A stretch of DNA of 64,000 nucleotides. Source: Octopus vulgaris. Its lineage: Eukaryota. The stretch spans positions 9,362,001 to 9,426,000 of the forward strand of contig OX597820.1 in assembly GCA_951406725.2 (NCBI GenBank). The letters are read 5' to 3'. Numbering within the stretch: position 1 is the first letter of the stretch; each line of letters begins with the position of its first letter. The notes beneath the pieces were generated by a model that saw only the letters and a program-made list of their open reading frames with translations, was not told the origin of the DNA and ran no database searches. Position numbers and translations under genes: made by a program. Positions 1 through 13,269 of the stretch are shown in pieces.

Positions 1-410
1 CAAGATAAACAGCACATGACCTTGCAGGTAGGGTCCAGGTAGAATTTTCTTCAGGTCGAGTAGTCCATCCTGCTCAAAAGGTCCCTGAATAAGGATTGTT
101 TAAGGATGTTGAACGAACCACCCATGTTTCCAAAGGTGAATTATTCAAACCCCAAAGAATCCCTCTCAACACACGGCTATGATGCTCCCCCACTACTTCT
201 GCTCGTGATTAGAGATGCACATATCGTCAGCCACTAAGGGACATGCTCAACTGGTTAAGGTCAAACAACTGACAAGCAAATCTGTGGTATTGAGCAGAAT
301 ATTTGCTGTAACCCATCTTGTGTACCAAGACAACACAATGTGCATGATAACACTTCCAATCAGTTAAGATCAGGAGCCATGAGAGCCACTGTCTGGTACT
401 GCATCAGGGC
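1..410 (-). mobile_element. Non-coding retroposed element (TAA-associated family), runs off the window edge
   Basis: Near-identical sequence at 25916-26145 and 32525-33055; the right end abuts (ATT)n; strand inferred from the shared left end and variable right end. Confidence 0.6.
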
Positions 411-475
411 ATTTATTATTATTATTATTGTTGTTGTTGCTGCTGTTGTTGTTGTTGTTACTGTTGTTGTTGTTG

Positions 476-552
<77 letters not shown>
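411..552. repeat. (ATT)n/(GTT)n microsatellite
   Basis: Direct reading. Confidence 0.95.
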
Positions 553-553
<1 letters not shown>

Positions 554-900
554 GAGGGTTTGAAGTGGTGAGTTGGCCGAATCGTTAGCACGTTAGAGAG
601 AATCGTTAAACGTTCTGTGTTCAAATTTCGCCCAGGTTTTACTTTGCCTTTCATCTTTTCGTGGCCAATAAAATAAGTACCAGTTATGTTCCCCAAATTT
701 ATGCCATGTGCCTTAAGTAGAAAGGATTATTATCATAGGGTTTGTAGATTAGCCGAATCAGTAGAGCGGTGGTGTTGATCCGGCACATATGTGGGTAACA
801 TTCGGACAGCATTTCACCGAAGCATTGGATGGAGGTCGGAATTAGCGACGGTGAACTTTGCGATATGAAACTGATAACAGTGATTGATATATAGGTAATA

Positions 901-1321
901 TATTTCTTTACTACCCACAAGGGGCTAAACACAGAGGGGACAAACAAGGACAGACAAAGGTATTAAGTCGATTACATCGATCCCAGTGCGTAACTGGTAC
1001 TTATTTAATCGACCCCGAAAGGATGAAAGGCAAAGTTGACCTCGGCGGAAGTTGAACTCAGAACGTAGCGGCAGACGAAATACCTATTTCTATTTCTTTA
1101 CTACCCACAAGGGGATAAACACAGAGAGGACAAACAAGGACAGACAAAGGTATTAAGTCGATTACATCGATCCCAGTGCGTAACTGGTACTTATTTAATC
1201 GACCCCGAAAGGATGAAAGGCAAAGTCGACCTAGGCGGAATTTGAACTCAGAACGTAACGGCAGACGAAATACGGCTACGCATTTCGTCCGGTGTGCTAA
1301 CGTTTCTGCCAGCTCGCCGCT
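901..1321 (-). mobile_element. tRNA-derived SINE family A, dimeric copy with 18-bp TSD
   Basis: Head GGCGAGCTGGCAGAAACGTTAGCAC, B-box-like GAGTTCAAATTCC, body GCCTTTCATCCTTTCGGGGTCGAT; TSD ATTGATATATAGGTAATA at 883-900 and 1326-1343. Confidence 0.9.
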
Positions 1322-1761
1322 TTCAATTGATATATAGGTAATACTGTGAGACTGCACTAACGACGGGTTTCCCTAACTTGAAGATTTGCAAATTCATCTG
1401 TCTTGAAACGGGGTTTCCTATTATGCGAGCAGAGACGTGATATAATTACTGAAAAAGAATGTAAACAAGACACTGGTAAGTATATAAGGCGTTGGTCAAC
1501 CGGAAGGTGTGGTAGAGAACGTCGTCTCAAGGTTCCACCAAGTGGGATGAAACTCAAGACCACGCACACCAAGCCGGACAAACGGCTTGATACCATTCGC
1601 TGTTTAATAAGATTAGTATCTGCTGTGAATGTTTAGAGCTCTGAGAGTGTTCCTACTTGAACGGGACAACGAAGGAGCGGTTCACAAGTTGACATTATTT
1701 ATGCAGATGACGCAGGAGGAGCGAGCACTTAAATTTCGATATTGATATAAATGATAACAAA

Positions 1762-1763
<2 letters not shown>

Positions 1764-1814
<51 letters not shown>
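1764..1814. repeat. (CAG)n microsatellite
   Basis: Direct reading; stop codons directly upstream in the polyQ frame. Confidence 0.95.
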
Positions 1815-1816
<2 letters not shown>

Positions 1817-2409
1817 ATTCAAGAATTTGGACCTGGAGAACTCCATTTCCAGCGACTTCGAGGGCCACCTCCCAGTGGTGTCGGGCGTCAACGAAGAGCC
1901 CTCCACTACAACAAGACGACCAATTTTCCCCCCAGGTCTGGGGTCTCCCGCCCCTAAGCCCTAGACCATCCCCTAATCACCCTTACCCGTCTTGCTGGTT
2001 AATAACAACAACAACAACAACAACAATAGAAGCAGCAGTAGCAGCAAAAATATAAATGATAACACCACGTTTGGTATCGTATTTTAGAATATCAAACTCT
2101 GCTCAAGTCCTTTCCAAGAGTTAATTTGATCAGATCTTTAATATTGTCTGTCGGCAAAAAGAAATTTAATCTTTGAGATACAGTTTTGGCTATGCTCTGT
2201 ATAAGAGATGTCGCCATGACTGACTCAGTGATTCTATGTCCTACGTACTAAATTTGATGGTTTTAGTAGCATGGTGTTCGTACATTGGGATATTGTAGTG
2301 CCACAACCTTTTCATGATGTTTACCTGTCGTTAAAAGAGATCGTTTGTATGTTCCAGCTGAAGAATGTTTTTTTAGTTCTAAATTCAGAAAAGCCATACA
2401 GGTTTGGTG

Positions 2410-3080
2410 TCCATCCATCCATCCATCCATCCATCCATCCACCTTTTCTACCCATTATTCGTGGGAGGGTCATGGGGGTAGAGTCCTCAGGCACCTCTTC
2501 CATGATGTCTTATCGGACGCAACCGCCATTACACTCTCCAGCTTTCTAGGACTACCCAAGTTCTGCAGCTCGGTCTTCGTTCACTTCAGAAAGGGAACAG
2601 AGTATCCCAACATCTGCATAATAATGTTCCCTCCATTTAATTCTCCTCTTGTACTCTCTTAGAGTCTTTCTCTCATTATTTCTCCTTCTATCATTGTTTT
2701 ACGGCACTCCTAGATATTTGTGTTGCAGTGGAAATGGTACACCCTTCTCACGGAACAAGCGGTATGATCCAGCCACTATAAAGTGAGACAACGTCTACCA
2801 GTACAGGAAGTCGCGTGTCAGTCGTTGTAGAGTCGTTGTACGAGTTCTCAGTTGGAGTTAAGTGTCAGTTACGTGTTATAGTCGAGTTCGAGTTACAGCC
2901 AAGGTAGACGGTTCATAGTCGCTGTCTTGCAGAGCTATGGATATTATCCAATCCTTTCATTGCTGGTCTAAGCCTAGGTCTTTTGCCTATTAGCTTGGCT
3001 TGAAGAATCCGTCTTGCGCTCGATTCTTTTCTGCGACAGTCTTACTATATGTCTGTAGTACCGGAGCTGCGACCTCTAAA
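2410..3080 (-). mobile_element. Decayed RTE-clade LINE 3' end with (GGAT)n tail, split by an insert at ~2550-2930
   Basis: Similar to the RTE fragment at 39617-40010; CCAT repeats at 2411-2440. Confidence 0.45.
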
Positions 3081-3230
3081 CATGAAAAAGCAGCTCAACC
3101 TGAAGAGACTCCCTGATCTTCAAGCTAAGGACTCCAGGGGTTGGTTTGGTGTGACATGTTTAATTTGCGTTCGTACAACTTTTGTATATGAATGTTAAGG
3201 ATGAAAAATGTGCTATCATCTGTATTTGTG

Positions 3231-3289
<59 letters not shown>

Positions 3290-3847
3290 TTGTGTGTGTG
3301 TGCGTTTGTGTGTGTGTAGTCAGCAATAGCTCAAGTACATCGTCAACGTTCCGAAGAAAAACAAGCGTTGACGGCGAAACAACAGCATTCTGAGCATCTA
3401 AATCGATAGAGTATGGGCTTGACCCACAGCTCTCTTCAAAGTACAATGGGACTCCAGATAAGAAACTGTTGATACAAAAGATGAGTGGCGGATGACCTCA
3501 TAGAATGAGCCACTTCGATGAGTGCCTTTAATGACGTTGTCTAAATATCAAGTTAGGTTTCTTAATGTAAGTGAACCAAGACATTTTAAGGAATTAAACT
3601 GAAACCAATATCGGAATGATTGTGTCTGGCGGAGAAGGCCAGCGAAAAGAATTTTGAAACTGAAATTGATTAAAAATGTAATCTAAATTTTGCTTTTCTT
3701 GACCCGAATGTTATTACGATATGAATTAATTGCTTAATTTTCGATAAGGATGTAAATTTGGTTAATATTTCTTGGTTCATGTTAACTAATTGTCTTTCAC
3801 GCAGCGAGTATCTCATTACCGGATGTTAAAAATAAGACTCCCCCCAC

Positions 3848-3848
<1 letters not shown>

Positions 3849-3905
<57 letters not shown>

Positions 3906-3967
3906 CACACATACACATTCAGACACACACACGTGTGCACGCACGCACACATACACACACACACACG

Positions 3968-4008
<41 letters not shown>

Positions 4009-4130
4009 TCAGACACACACACACGTGCGCACGCACGCACACACACACACACACTCTCACACACACACACACGTGCGCACGCACACACACACACACGTGC
4101 GCACGCACACACACACACACACACACACAC
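3849..4130. repeat. Compound (CA)n microsatellite with CACGTGCGCACG interruptions
   Basis: Direct reading. Confidence 0.95.
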
Positions 4131-4779
4131 GAACATGAGAGGTGTAGATAGAGTCTCCTTGGAGAAAATCCGAAAAGGAACGAGTAATTATCGCCAGACA
4201 CGATAAAACTTCATAAGTGTCCTTAACGGACAGGACATATTGACAACAACAACAATAGCAACAACATCCACCACCACAACAACAACAAATAAAAACGCCC
4301 CCGCCCCCACGCCACCACCACAAAAAAAATAGCCGTAGCAGTTGATTAACTTGAAAAACAAGATTATATCCTGCTTTTCGTGTAAATCAGTCGTAAGCTG
4401 AAAAGATTTTTGTTTGTTGTTTAATTTTTCATTTTGTTATCTTCCTTTATCTTAAACCTTGAAAGATTTTCATTAAAATGCATTTTCTTTTAATATAAAA
4501 GCTTAGCAATTCTTATGGACAGCCCCGCTCCATCTTACACACATACACACACACACACACACGTCTACACCCACCCACGCACAGACTCAACACCACACTC
4601 ATGCATCTCTACACCCACACAGACCTACACACACACACTTGTGACCTAACTACTTCATCTTATTTATCGATATCGTAATCTCTGTAGTTTTTCCTCCCTC
4701 GCTATCTGCACAAACATATTGTGTGTAAGTTACGTGCCGAGCGCTCTTCTATCTTCTGTCACAAATGGTATTACTCCTC

Positions 4780-4985
4780 AGGCGGCGAGCTGGCAGAAAC
4801 GTTAGCACGCCGGGCGAAATGCTTAGCTGTATTTCGTCTGCCGTTGCGTTGTGAGTTCAAATTCCGCCGAGGTGGACTTTGCCTTTCATCCTTTCGGGGT
4901 CGATAAATTAAGTACCAGTTACGTACTGGGGTCGATGTAATCGACTTAATACCTATGTCTGTCCTTGTGGATAATAAAGAAATAG
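4780..4985 (+). mobile_element. SINE family A
   Basis: Head AGGCGGCGAGCTGGCAGAAACGTTAGCACGCCGGGCG, body and AAAGAAATA tail. Confidence 0.9.
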
Positions 4986-5050
4986 GTATACTCCTCACGA
5001 TTCCAGACTTCTCCCGTAGATACTCAAACCCCAGCACTTAATTTGAAATA

Positions 5051-5547
5051 TTCGTTTCTATTCTAGGCACAAGGCCCGAAAATTTTGGAGGAAGGGGGTC
5101 TGTCGGTTCCTAGTATGCAACTGGTACTTAATTTATCGACCCCGAAAGGATGAAAGGCAAAGTTGACCTCGATGGAATTTGAACTCAGAATGAAAAAGAC
5201 AGACGAAATACCTATTTCTTTATTACCCACAAGAGGCTAAACATAGAGGGGACAAACAAGGACAGACATAGGTATTAAGTCGATTACACCGACCCCAGTG
5301 CGTAACTGGTACTTAATTTATCGACCCCGAAAGGATGAAAGGTAAAGTCGACCTCGGCAGAATTTGAACTCAGGACGTAGCGGCAGACGAAATACGGTTA
5401 CGCATTTCGCCCGACGTGCTAACGTTTCTGCCAGCTCGCCGCCTTACTTTTAGAATAATATTCTTTTCTTTTCTAGGCACAAGGCCCGAAATTTTGGGGA
5501 CAGGGGGGGGGGGCAGTCGATTAGATCGACTCCAGTACGCAACTAGT
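5051..5547 (-). mobile_element. Composite SINE family A (dimer plus truncated variant) with 15-bp TSD
   Basis: ACTTAATTTGAAATA at 5036-5050 and 5548-5562; family A motifs on the minus strand. Confidence 0.8.
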
Positions 5548-5843
5548 ACTTAATTTGAAATAACACCTCTTGACTCAGTGCGAAGGTTGCGTGACCTAGT
5601 GGTTAGGGCATTGCACTTGCGATCGAGGTTTCGGATCCCATACCAGACAGTGTGTTGTGTTCTTGAGTGAAACCCTTCATTTTATATTGCTTCAGTTCAC
5701 TCAGATGCGCGTGCGGCGGACTGGCGTCCTTCTCAGGAGGAATGTGGTGATTTCGATCACTTATACACCATGAAACTGGCCCCATAAGCCCCAAGTTTTA
5801 GCACAGTAAGGTCCATCGAACTTATTTACGTAGAAAAAAAAAA

Positions 5844-6027
5844 GACGCAGGAGTGGGTGTTTGGTAAGAAGTTTGCTTTCTAACCACATGGTTCCGGGTT
5901 CAGTCCCAATGCGTGGCACCGTGGCAAGTGTCTTCTGCTGTACCTCGGGCCGACCAAACCCTTGTGAGTGGATTTGGTTGACGGAAACTGAAAGAAGCCC
6001 GTCGTACATACATACATACATAAATAC

Positions 6028-6098
<71 letters not shown>

Positions 6099-6545
6099 TA
6101 TTTGTGTGTCTGTGTTTGTCCTCCTACAATCGCTTGACAACCGATGTTGGTGTGCTTACGTCCCTGTAACTTAGAAGTTCGGCAAAAGAGAACGATAGAG
6201 TAAGAACTGGGTTTACAAAGTCCTGGGGTCGATTTCTTTAACCTTGTGAGTGGATTTGGTTGACGGAAACTGAAAGAAGCCCGTCGTACATACATAATAC
6301 ATAAATACATATATGTGTGTGTGTGTGTGTGTGTGTGTACGTATTTGGGTGTGTATGTTTGTCCTCCTTAAATCGCTTGACAACCGATGCTGGTATGTTT
6401 ACGTCCCCGTAACTTAGCAGTTCGGCAAAAGAGAACGCTAGAGTAAGTACTAGGTTTACAAAGTCCTGGATCGATTTCTTTGACTAAAGGCGGTGATCCA
6501 GCATGGCCGCAGTCAAAATGACCGAAACTAGTAAAGGCAAAAGAA
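5844..6545 (+). mobile_element. SINE family B (CORE-like, OR2-like) with internal duplication
   Basis: tRNA-like head, GGCACC(T)TGGGCAAGTGTCTT core-like segment, internal (TA)/(TG) tract, GAAAC(A/T)AGTAAA tail; 5959-6240 repeated from 6241. Confidence 0.8.
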
Positions 6546-8654
6546 TAACCAATAGCACAATCCCTGCAATTATCTTAATACCAACAGTTGTCCTTTTGAA
6601 TCTAACTAAGGATATCGTATGACAATGTTTAGCAACTTCGCTGCAGCTAACGCTTGTATGACTTCAAACCCATTTAAATCAACATTTTATCTGCACACGC
6701 ATTCGTTTGGGAATCCTTGTAGAAACAACAAAATTTTTTGGCTTTATACATTTGGCAGTTAAAGGAAAATTAAATATGGAGTAAACTGTCTGAAACAGGA
6801 GTTTCAAACTCATTTACTATGATGGACCAAACATAACACGAGTACAACGTATACGAGCTAAATAGTATAAATTTGCTATCGCTTATTAGGTGACTATTAT
6901 AAAAGTACAAAATGTGGATTTATTCTACGCTCGTGGCTGCATGAAGCTCTTAAAACAGATAAGCCAGAAAAATCAAGCCTCAATCTCCATATGCATGCGT
7001 GTATCCGTTAGTATGTTATGGTTTTATAGTTTATTTTATTTTATTAATTAAACACTTCCCATTCTTATTTCATCGCATTTAGCAACGCCACCACCGCTGC
7101 TGTACGTGTTTCGTCTGCTGCTGATAAATTTTTGAATTTTTTTATCAATGCACGTCCAAAAGAGATACTATCTCGGGACAAATACCACAATTAATTAGGC
7201 ATCTGACAATATATCTGCATTAAATATGATACACAGGTTGCTATTTTATTTCCTGATAGCTTCTCATATTCATTAATGTTAAAGGTTGTAAATCTGCCAA
7301 CACGGTCTCCACATATTTTCCTTCGTTTGCTCTCGCCAGCGTGTCTGTTAACGTTGTTCAGTTTTTCTTTGCTTGCATTTTTATTTCGTTACCATTTTAA
7401 CCAGTTTTTTTTCCCCGTTGCATCTGTATTTCGTTTTAACTCGACTTCTAATGAATATAACGAAACCATTTAATCATCCTGAAAATATTCTTCCAAGCAA
7501 GTTAGATTAAAAACACGACTATATTCAAGTTAAATTTTCTTTTATTAACGATTTTGCATTTTTCTTTATTTGTCTTTTATGTTTGATTTGCATCCATAAC
7601 TTTCCTCTATCCATGGCTGACATTTCGGGACCTTTACAAACTCATCTTAAAATTTCATTGTCGTCTTTAGTGCGTAGTCCACGCGTTCTACCGTTAATCG
7701 CAAAGAGTCTTGGGGGTAATTTTATTACTCATAAAATACTCAAAGTCGATTAAAAATATTTAATGGTAAATCCTGACAGATTTCGTGATATTGTGGTATA
7801 CTTTTTACTTGTGATATTTCTGCGGGTCTAGTTTAGATTTGTATATCATTACTGGTAAAACTGGTATTGTTATTTTTAGTAAAAGTTCCATAATTATTTC
7901 TGTGCTTCTTGTGGAATTCGATATAAAATTGTCGTTTTTCTAGTTTTTCGATCCAGTTTTATTTTGTGCCCTTAATTATAATGAGCTGTGATAGGTTCTT
8001 TTTTTTTTTTTGTAAATCGACGAGAAAGTGGCATACTTGTGTGTCCGGTTTAATCCTTTGTGACACGAAGTTTACAATTTTCGTGTTTGCATTGTAATTT
8101 ATATAATACATTATTTTCTTGAAGTACATTCTGTGGTTTGTTAGTCTGTGACTTCGTGTAATTCCATTAAAAAAATCAGAACAACGGGTATGGAAGCTTT
8201 ACTAAAAGTGAAACCCAAGCCGAAATTAAGCATACAATATTTAAAGAATCTAACTTAAAAAGCCGAGAGAAATGTAACTCAAGTATTATTAACTGTTTTG
8301 GACATTACGAAACTACTGGTAAACACCCAATTTACTTGTAAGTAGTTGATGATGGGTGGATATTCAAGATGAATAAATACATTTTTAGTTTATCTAATTT
8401 CCCATTTGAATCCAAACGTAAAGCGGAACTTTATGCTTTTTAAAGGAAGTTGGAATAAGACATCGAAAATTCCAAAAAGGAAAATGTTTTTTTAAATACT
8501 CTATAACTAATTAATCCTCCATGGCAAAACCAACAAAAAAAACGGCTACGATAAGTTGAACCACTCTAATAAGCGAACTAAAGTAGGTACAGCTATAAAT
8601 ATTATGAAGTCTGGTCAAGACGTGACAAAAGCAATTACGATGAACACGGATGCT

Positions 8655-8876
8655 CTCTCTTTTTACTCTTTTACTTGTTTCAGTCATTTGACTGCGGCCA
8701 TGCTGGAGCACCGCCTTTAATCGAGCAACTCGACCCCGGGACTTATTCTTTTGTAAGCCCAGTACTTATTCTATCGGTCTCTTTTGCCGAACCGCTAAGT
8801 GACGGGGACATAAACACACCAGCATCGGTTGTCAAGCAATGCTAGGGGGACAAACACATTCACACAAACACACACA

Positions 8877-8938
<62 letters not shown>

Positions 8939-9105
8939 TATATACACATATACGACGGGCTTCTTTCAGTTTCCGTCTACCAAATCCACTCACAAGGCTT
9001 TGGTCGTCCCGAGGCTATAGCAGAAGACACTTGCCCAAGGTGCCACGCAGTGGGACTGAACCCGGAACCATGTGGTTGGTAAACAAGCTACTTACCACAC
9101 AGCCA
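8655..9105 (-). mobile_element. SINE family B
   Basis: Family consensus motifs; (TTTTACTC) tail on the plus strand. Confidence 0.9.
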
Positions 9106-9429
9106 CTAATGTAATAAAGACTCGTAAGAAAGATAAATTAACAGGAATAAGAAGCATTAAAACCGACTTAAGGACATGAAAGGGTTTTTAAATTCTCTAG
9201 AATGAATATAGTTCAATAGGATATTGATGTTCGAGATTATTAGGCTCACGGATATTCCATGATTGGCTTACATCCTTTACAAGAAATCGAAATTAAATAC
9301 ATGGGTAAAAAGGACAGTTAATATTCGCAAAGAATTAGATTCGTAACATCTATAAAATATGCCAACATATTGTTTATCTTGCCGAGAATGTGAATTTGAG
9401 GTTAGACTATTGAATACAGCATTCAAAAA

Positions 9430-9710
9430 TCGTTAGCCATATGATACTTATTAGGTGTGGAGTGACATAATTTCCGATGACTTCTGTAACCCTTTGCCTG
9501 TTCCATGTATCACATGTGATTCAGCGACATATTTCTCTGGTGCCTTTGCACCAAATATGGAACACATTCCGAATTGTATTTTTTCAGCCAGGAGAATACT
9601 TTGAGACTTGTAATAGGAAAGTTTTATATAACTTAGAACATATGAAACAAGGGCGAACTAAAACTCTGAAAACAAACACGGATATTTAGGACAAATTTAT
9701 TAAGTGTTGT
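9430..9710 (+). pseudogene. Possible decayed Transib/RAG1-like DDE transposase C-terminus (duplicated at ~11730-12005)
   Basis: FPMTSVTLCLFHVSHVIQRH...FSQE/FETCNRKVLYNLEH...RTKTLKTNTDI resembles the Transib pattern MP.SVH..L.HG..II...SEE..E.RNK....REH..RK.SR..TN.DI; frameshifted. Confidence 0.3.
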
Positions 9711-10104
9711 TACTGTTGTTGTCGTTGTTGCAGAGATGTTATATTTTTTTAGACAACATACAACAGTGTACTTCAATGTTTAGGCAGACTAGTCGAAGAA
9801 TTTGGAATTTCGGAGTTACACACGTTTAACGAGAGATTTGATTTGAGAATATTTTGAAACCAAAGCAACTATAGCGTTCAAGATAAATTTTAGCCATTAA
9901 AAAAACATACAAAAAATGTTCAATCGCGTCAGTGACCAGGTGGCAGAGAGTACGACGAAAATTTTGACATCAAGTGACAACTAATTAAGTGAAGTTAACA
10001 ATTTCCATGCTTTTTTGTTACACGATGTAATCACTTACACCGAACTAATAAAGAGAATAAGAGAAGATTAGTTGCATAAACACCATAGAAAAACACACAC
10101 ACAT

Positions 10105-10325
10105 GAAAATCTGACCTCGTGAGTACCGCTGGCGATTTTTTTCCCTCTGTCTTCCCTTCTCGGGATCTTTCCTTCTCCTATGTTTCCGACGAAGAGCTCC
10201 GCTCGAAACGTTAAACCCTCCTTCTTCCCTTCTTTCCTGAGCGTCCAATAATACTTTATTTGTTCAACGTCGTTGCGTTGTTGTGTTTTTTTGTGTTTTC
10301 TTGTTTGGATTAACTATATATATAT
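10105..10325 (+). mobile_element. ~210-bp Penelope/retrozyme-like element with a minimal hammerhead motif, ending in (TA)n
   Basis: GTTT-CCGACGA-A-GAGC-TCC-GCTC-GAAACGTT-AAAC at 10182-10216; four copies in the window. Confidence 0.7.
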
Positions 10326-10326
10326 C

Positions 10327-10638
10327 GTCACCCTTTTCAAGCCTAGCCAGGTTCATGGGCCCGGTTTCCCGGTTTCTGTGTCGTATGTGTCCCCCCCACC
10401 CCCAGCTGGACGGAAAGCCAGTCCATCGCAGCGTTACTCAAGAAACAGGAAGCGAGAGTGAGAGAAAGTTGTGGCGAAAGAGTACAACAGGGGTCGCCAC
10501 CACCCCACCTGCCGGAGCGTCGTGGAGCTTTTAGGTGTTTTCGCTCAGCAAACACACACAACGCCCGGTCTGGGAATCGAAACCGCGATCCTCCGACCGC
10601 AAGCCCGCTGCCCTAACCACTGGACCATTGCGCCTCCA
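10327..10638 (-). mobile_element. tRNA-derived SINE family C (V-SINE-like CTGCGATGGACTGGC segment); copy at 12627-12938, variant at 31800-32103, fragment at 59555-59740
   Basis: Minus-strand head GGAGGCGCAATGGTCCAGTGGTTAGG...GGTTTCGATTCCC (A/B boxes). Confidence 0.8.
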
Positions 10639-10940
10639 CACACACTCACAAACACATACGTGTGTGTGTGGCAGGAAGCTTGCATCCCAACCACATGGTT
10701 CCAGGTTCAGTTCCACCCAACGGCAACTTGAACAAGTGTCTTCTACTCTAGCCTCGAGCCGACTAAACACGCAGAGGGACTAAACACGGAACCATGTGGT
10801 TGGTAATCATGCTACTTACCACATAGCCACTCTTGCGCCTATACACACACACACACACACACACGCATACACACACATATATATACATACATACATACTC
10901 ACAGAAAATTATGTACATATATATATATATATATATCTAT

Positions 10941-11009
<69 letters not shown>

Positions 11010-11010
<1 letters not shown>

Positions 11011-11403
11011 TCTTTTACTCTTTTACTTGTTTCAGTCATTTGACTGCGGCCATGCTGGAGCACCGCCTTTAGTCGAGCAAATCGATCCCGGGACTTATTC
11101 TTTGTAAGCCCAGTACTTATTGTATCGGTATCTTTTGCCGAACCGCTAGGTGACGGGGACGTAAACACACCAGCATCGGTTGTCAAGCAATGTTAGGGGG
11201 ACAAACACAGACACACATACACATATATACATATATATATACATATATACGACAGGCTTCTTTCAGTTTCCGTCTACCAAATCCACTCACAAGGCTTTGG
11301 TCGTCCTGAGGCTATAGCAGAAGACACTTGCCCAAGGTGCCACGCAGTGGGACTGAACCCGGAACCATGTGGTTGGTAAACAAGCTACTTACCACACAGT
11401 CAC
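11010..11403 (-). mobile_element. SINE family B, chimeric copy at the duplication junction
   Basis: Left part matches the 13270-13665 copy; right part matches the 8655-9105 copy. Confidence 0.85.
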
Positions 11404-12401
11404 TAATGTAATAAAGACTCGTAAGAAAGATAAATTAACAGGAATAAGAAGCATTAAAACCGACTTAAGGACATGAAAGGGTTTTTAAATTCTCTAGAAT
11501 GAATATAGTTCAATAGGATATTGATGTTCGAGATTATTAGGCTCACGGATATTCCATGATTGGCTTACATCCTTTACAAGAAATCGAAATTAAATACATG
11601 GGTAAAAAGGACAGTTAATATTCGCAAAGAATTAGATTCGTAACATCTATAAAATATGCCAGCATATTGTTTATCTTGCCGAGAATGTGAATTTGAGGTT
11701 AGACTATTGAATACAGCATTCAAAAATCGTTAGCCATATGATACTTATTAGGTGTGGAGTGACATAATTTCCGATGACTACTGTAACCCTTTGCCTGTTC
11801 CATGTATCACATGTGATTCAGCGACATATTTCTCTGGTGCCTTTGCACCAAATATGGAACACATTCCGAATTGTATTTTTTCAGCCAGGAGAATACTTTG
11901 AGACTTGTAATAGGAAAGTTTTATATAACTTAGAACATATGAAACAAGGGCGAACTAAAACTCTGAAAACAAACACGGATATTTAGGACAAATTTATTAA
12001 GTGTTGTTACTGTTGTTGTCGTTGTTGCAGAGATGTTATATTTTTTTAGACAACATACAACAGTGTACTTCAATGTTTAGGCAGACTAGTCGAAGAATTT
12101 GGAATTTCGGAGTTACACACGTTTAACGAGAGATTTGATTTGAGACTATTTTGAAACCAAAGCAACTATAGCGTTCAAGATAAATTTTAGCCATTAAAAA
12201 AACATACAAAAAATGTTCAATCGCGTCAGTGACCAGGTGGCAGAGAGTACAACGAAAATTTTGACATCAAGTGACAACTAATTAAGTGAAGTTAACAATT
12301 TCCATGCTTTTTTGTTACACGATGTAATCACTTACACCGAACTAATAAAGAGAATAAGAGAAGATTAGTTGCATAAACACCATAGAAAAACACACACACA
12401 T

Positions 12402-12625
12402 GAAAATCTGACCTCGTGAGTACCGCTGGCGATTTTTTTCCCTCTGTCTTCCCTTCTCGGGATCTTTCCTTCTCCTATGTTTCCGACGAAGAGCTCCGCT
12501 CGAAACGTTAAACCCTCCTTCTTTCCTTCTTTCCTGAGCGTCCAATAATACTTTATTTGTTCAACGTCGTTGCGTTGTTGTGTTTTTTTTGTGCTTTCTT
12601 GTTTGGATTAACTATATATATATAT
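12402..12625 (+). mobile_element. Hammerhead-containing element, duplicated copy
   Basis: Motif at 12479-12513. Confidence 0.7.
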
Positions 12626-12935
12626 CGTCACCCTTTTCAAGCCTAGCCAGGTTCATGGGCCCGGTTTCCCGGTTCTGTGTCGTATGTGTCCCCCACCACC
12701 CCCAGCTGGACGGGACGCCAGTCCATCGCAGCGTTACTCAAGAAACAGGAAGCGAGAGTGAGAGAAAGTTGTGGCGAAAGAGTACAACAGGGGTCGCCAC
12801 CACCCCACCTGCCGGAGCGTCGTGGAGCTTTTAGGTGTTTTCGCTCAGCAAACACACACAACGCCCGGTCTGGGAATCGAAACCGCGATCCTCCGACCGC
12901 AAGCCCGCTGCCCTAACCACTGGACCATTGCGTCT

Positions 12936-12981
<46 letters not shown>

Positions 12982-13269
12982 GTGTGTGTGTGGCAGGAAG
13001 CTTGCATCCCAACCACATGGTTCCAGGTTCAGTTCCACCCAACGGCAACTTGAACAAGTGTCTTCTACTCTAGCCTCGAGCCGACTAAACACGCAGAGGG
13101 ACTAAACACGGAACCATGTGGTTGGTAAGCATGCTACTTACCACATAGCCACTCTTGCGCCTATACACACACACACACACACACGCACACGCATACACAC
13201 ACACATATAAATATACATACATACATTCATACATACATACTTACAGAAGATTATGTATATATATATATA

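Noticed and set aside
1751-1957. polyQ/polyA coding exon
   Set aside because: The polyQ frame has stops immediately upstream; no splice or homology support
2718-2932. Possible solo LTR (TG...CA, TATAAA)
   Set aside because: No TSD or polyA signal identified; single copy in the window
10045-10248. Recurrent basic ORF MDAQERREEGG (4 copies)
   Set aside because: Antisense translation of the pyrimidine-rich hammerhead element; ends vary between copies
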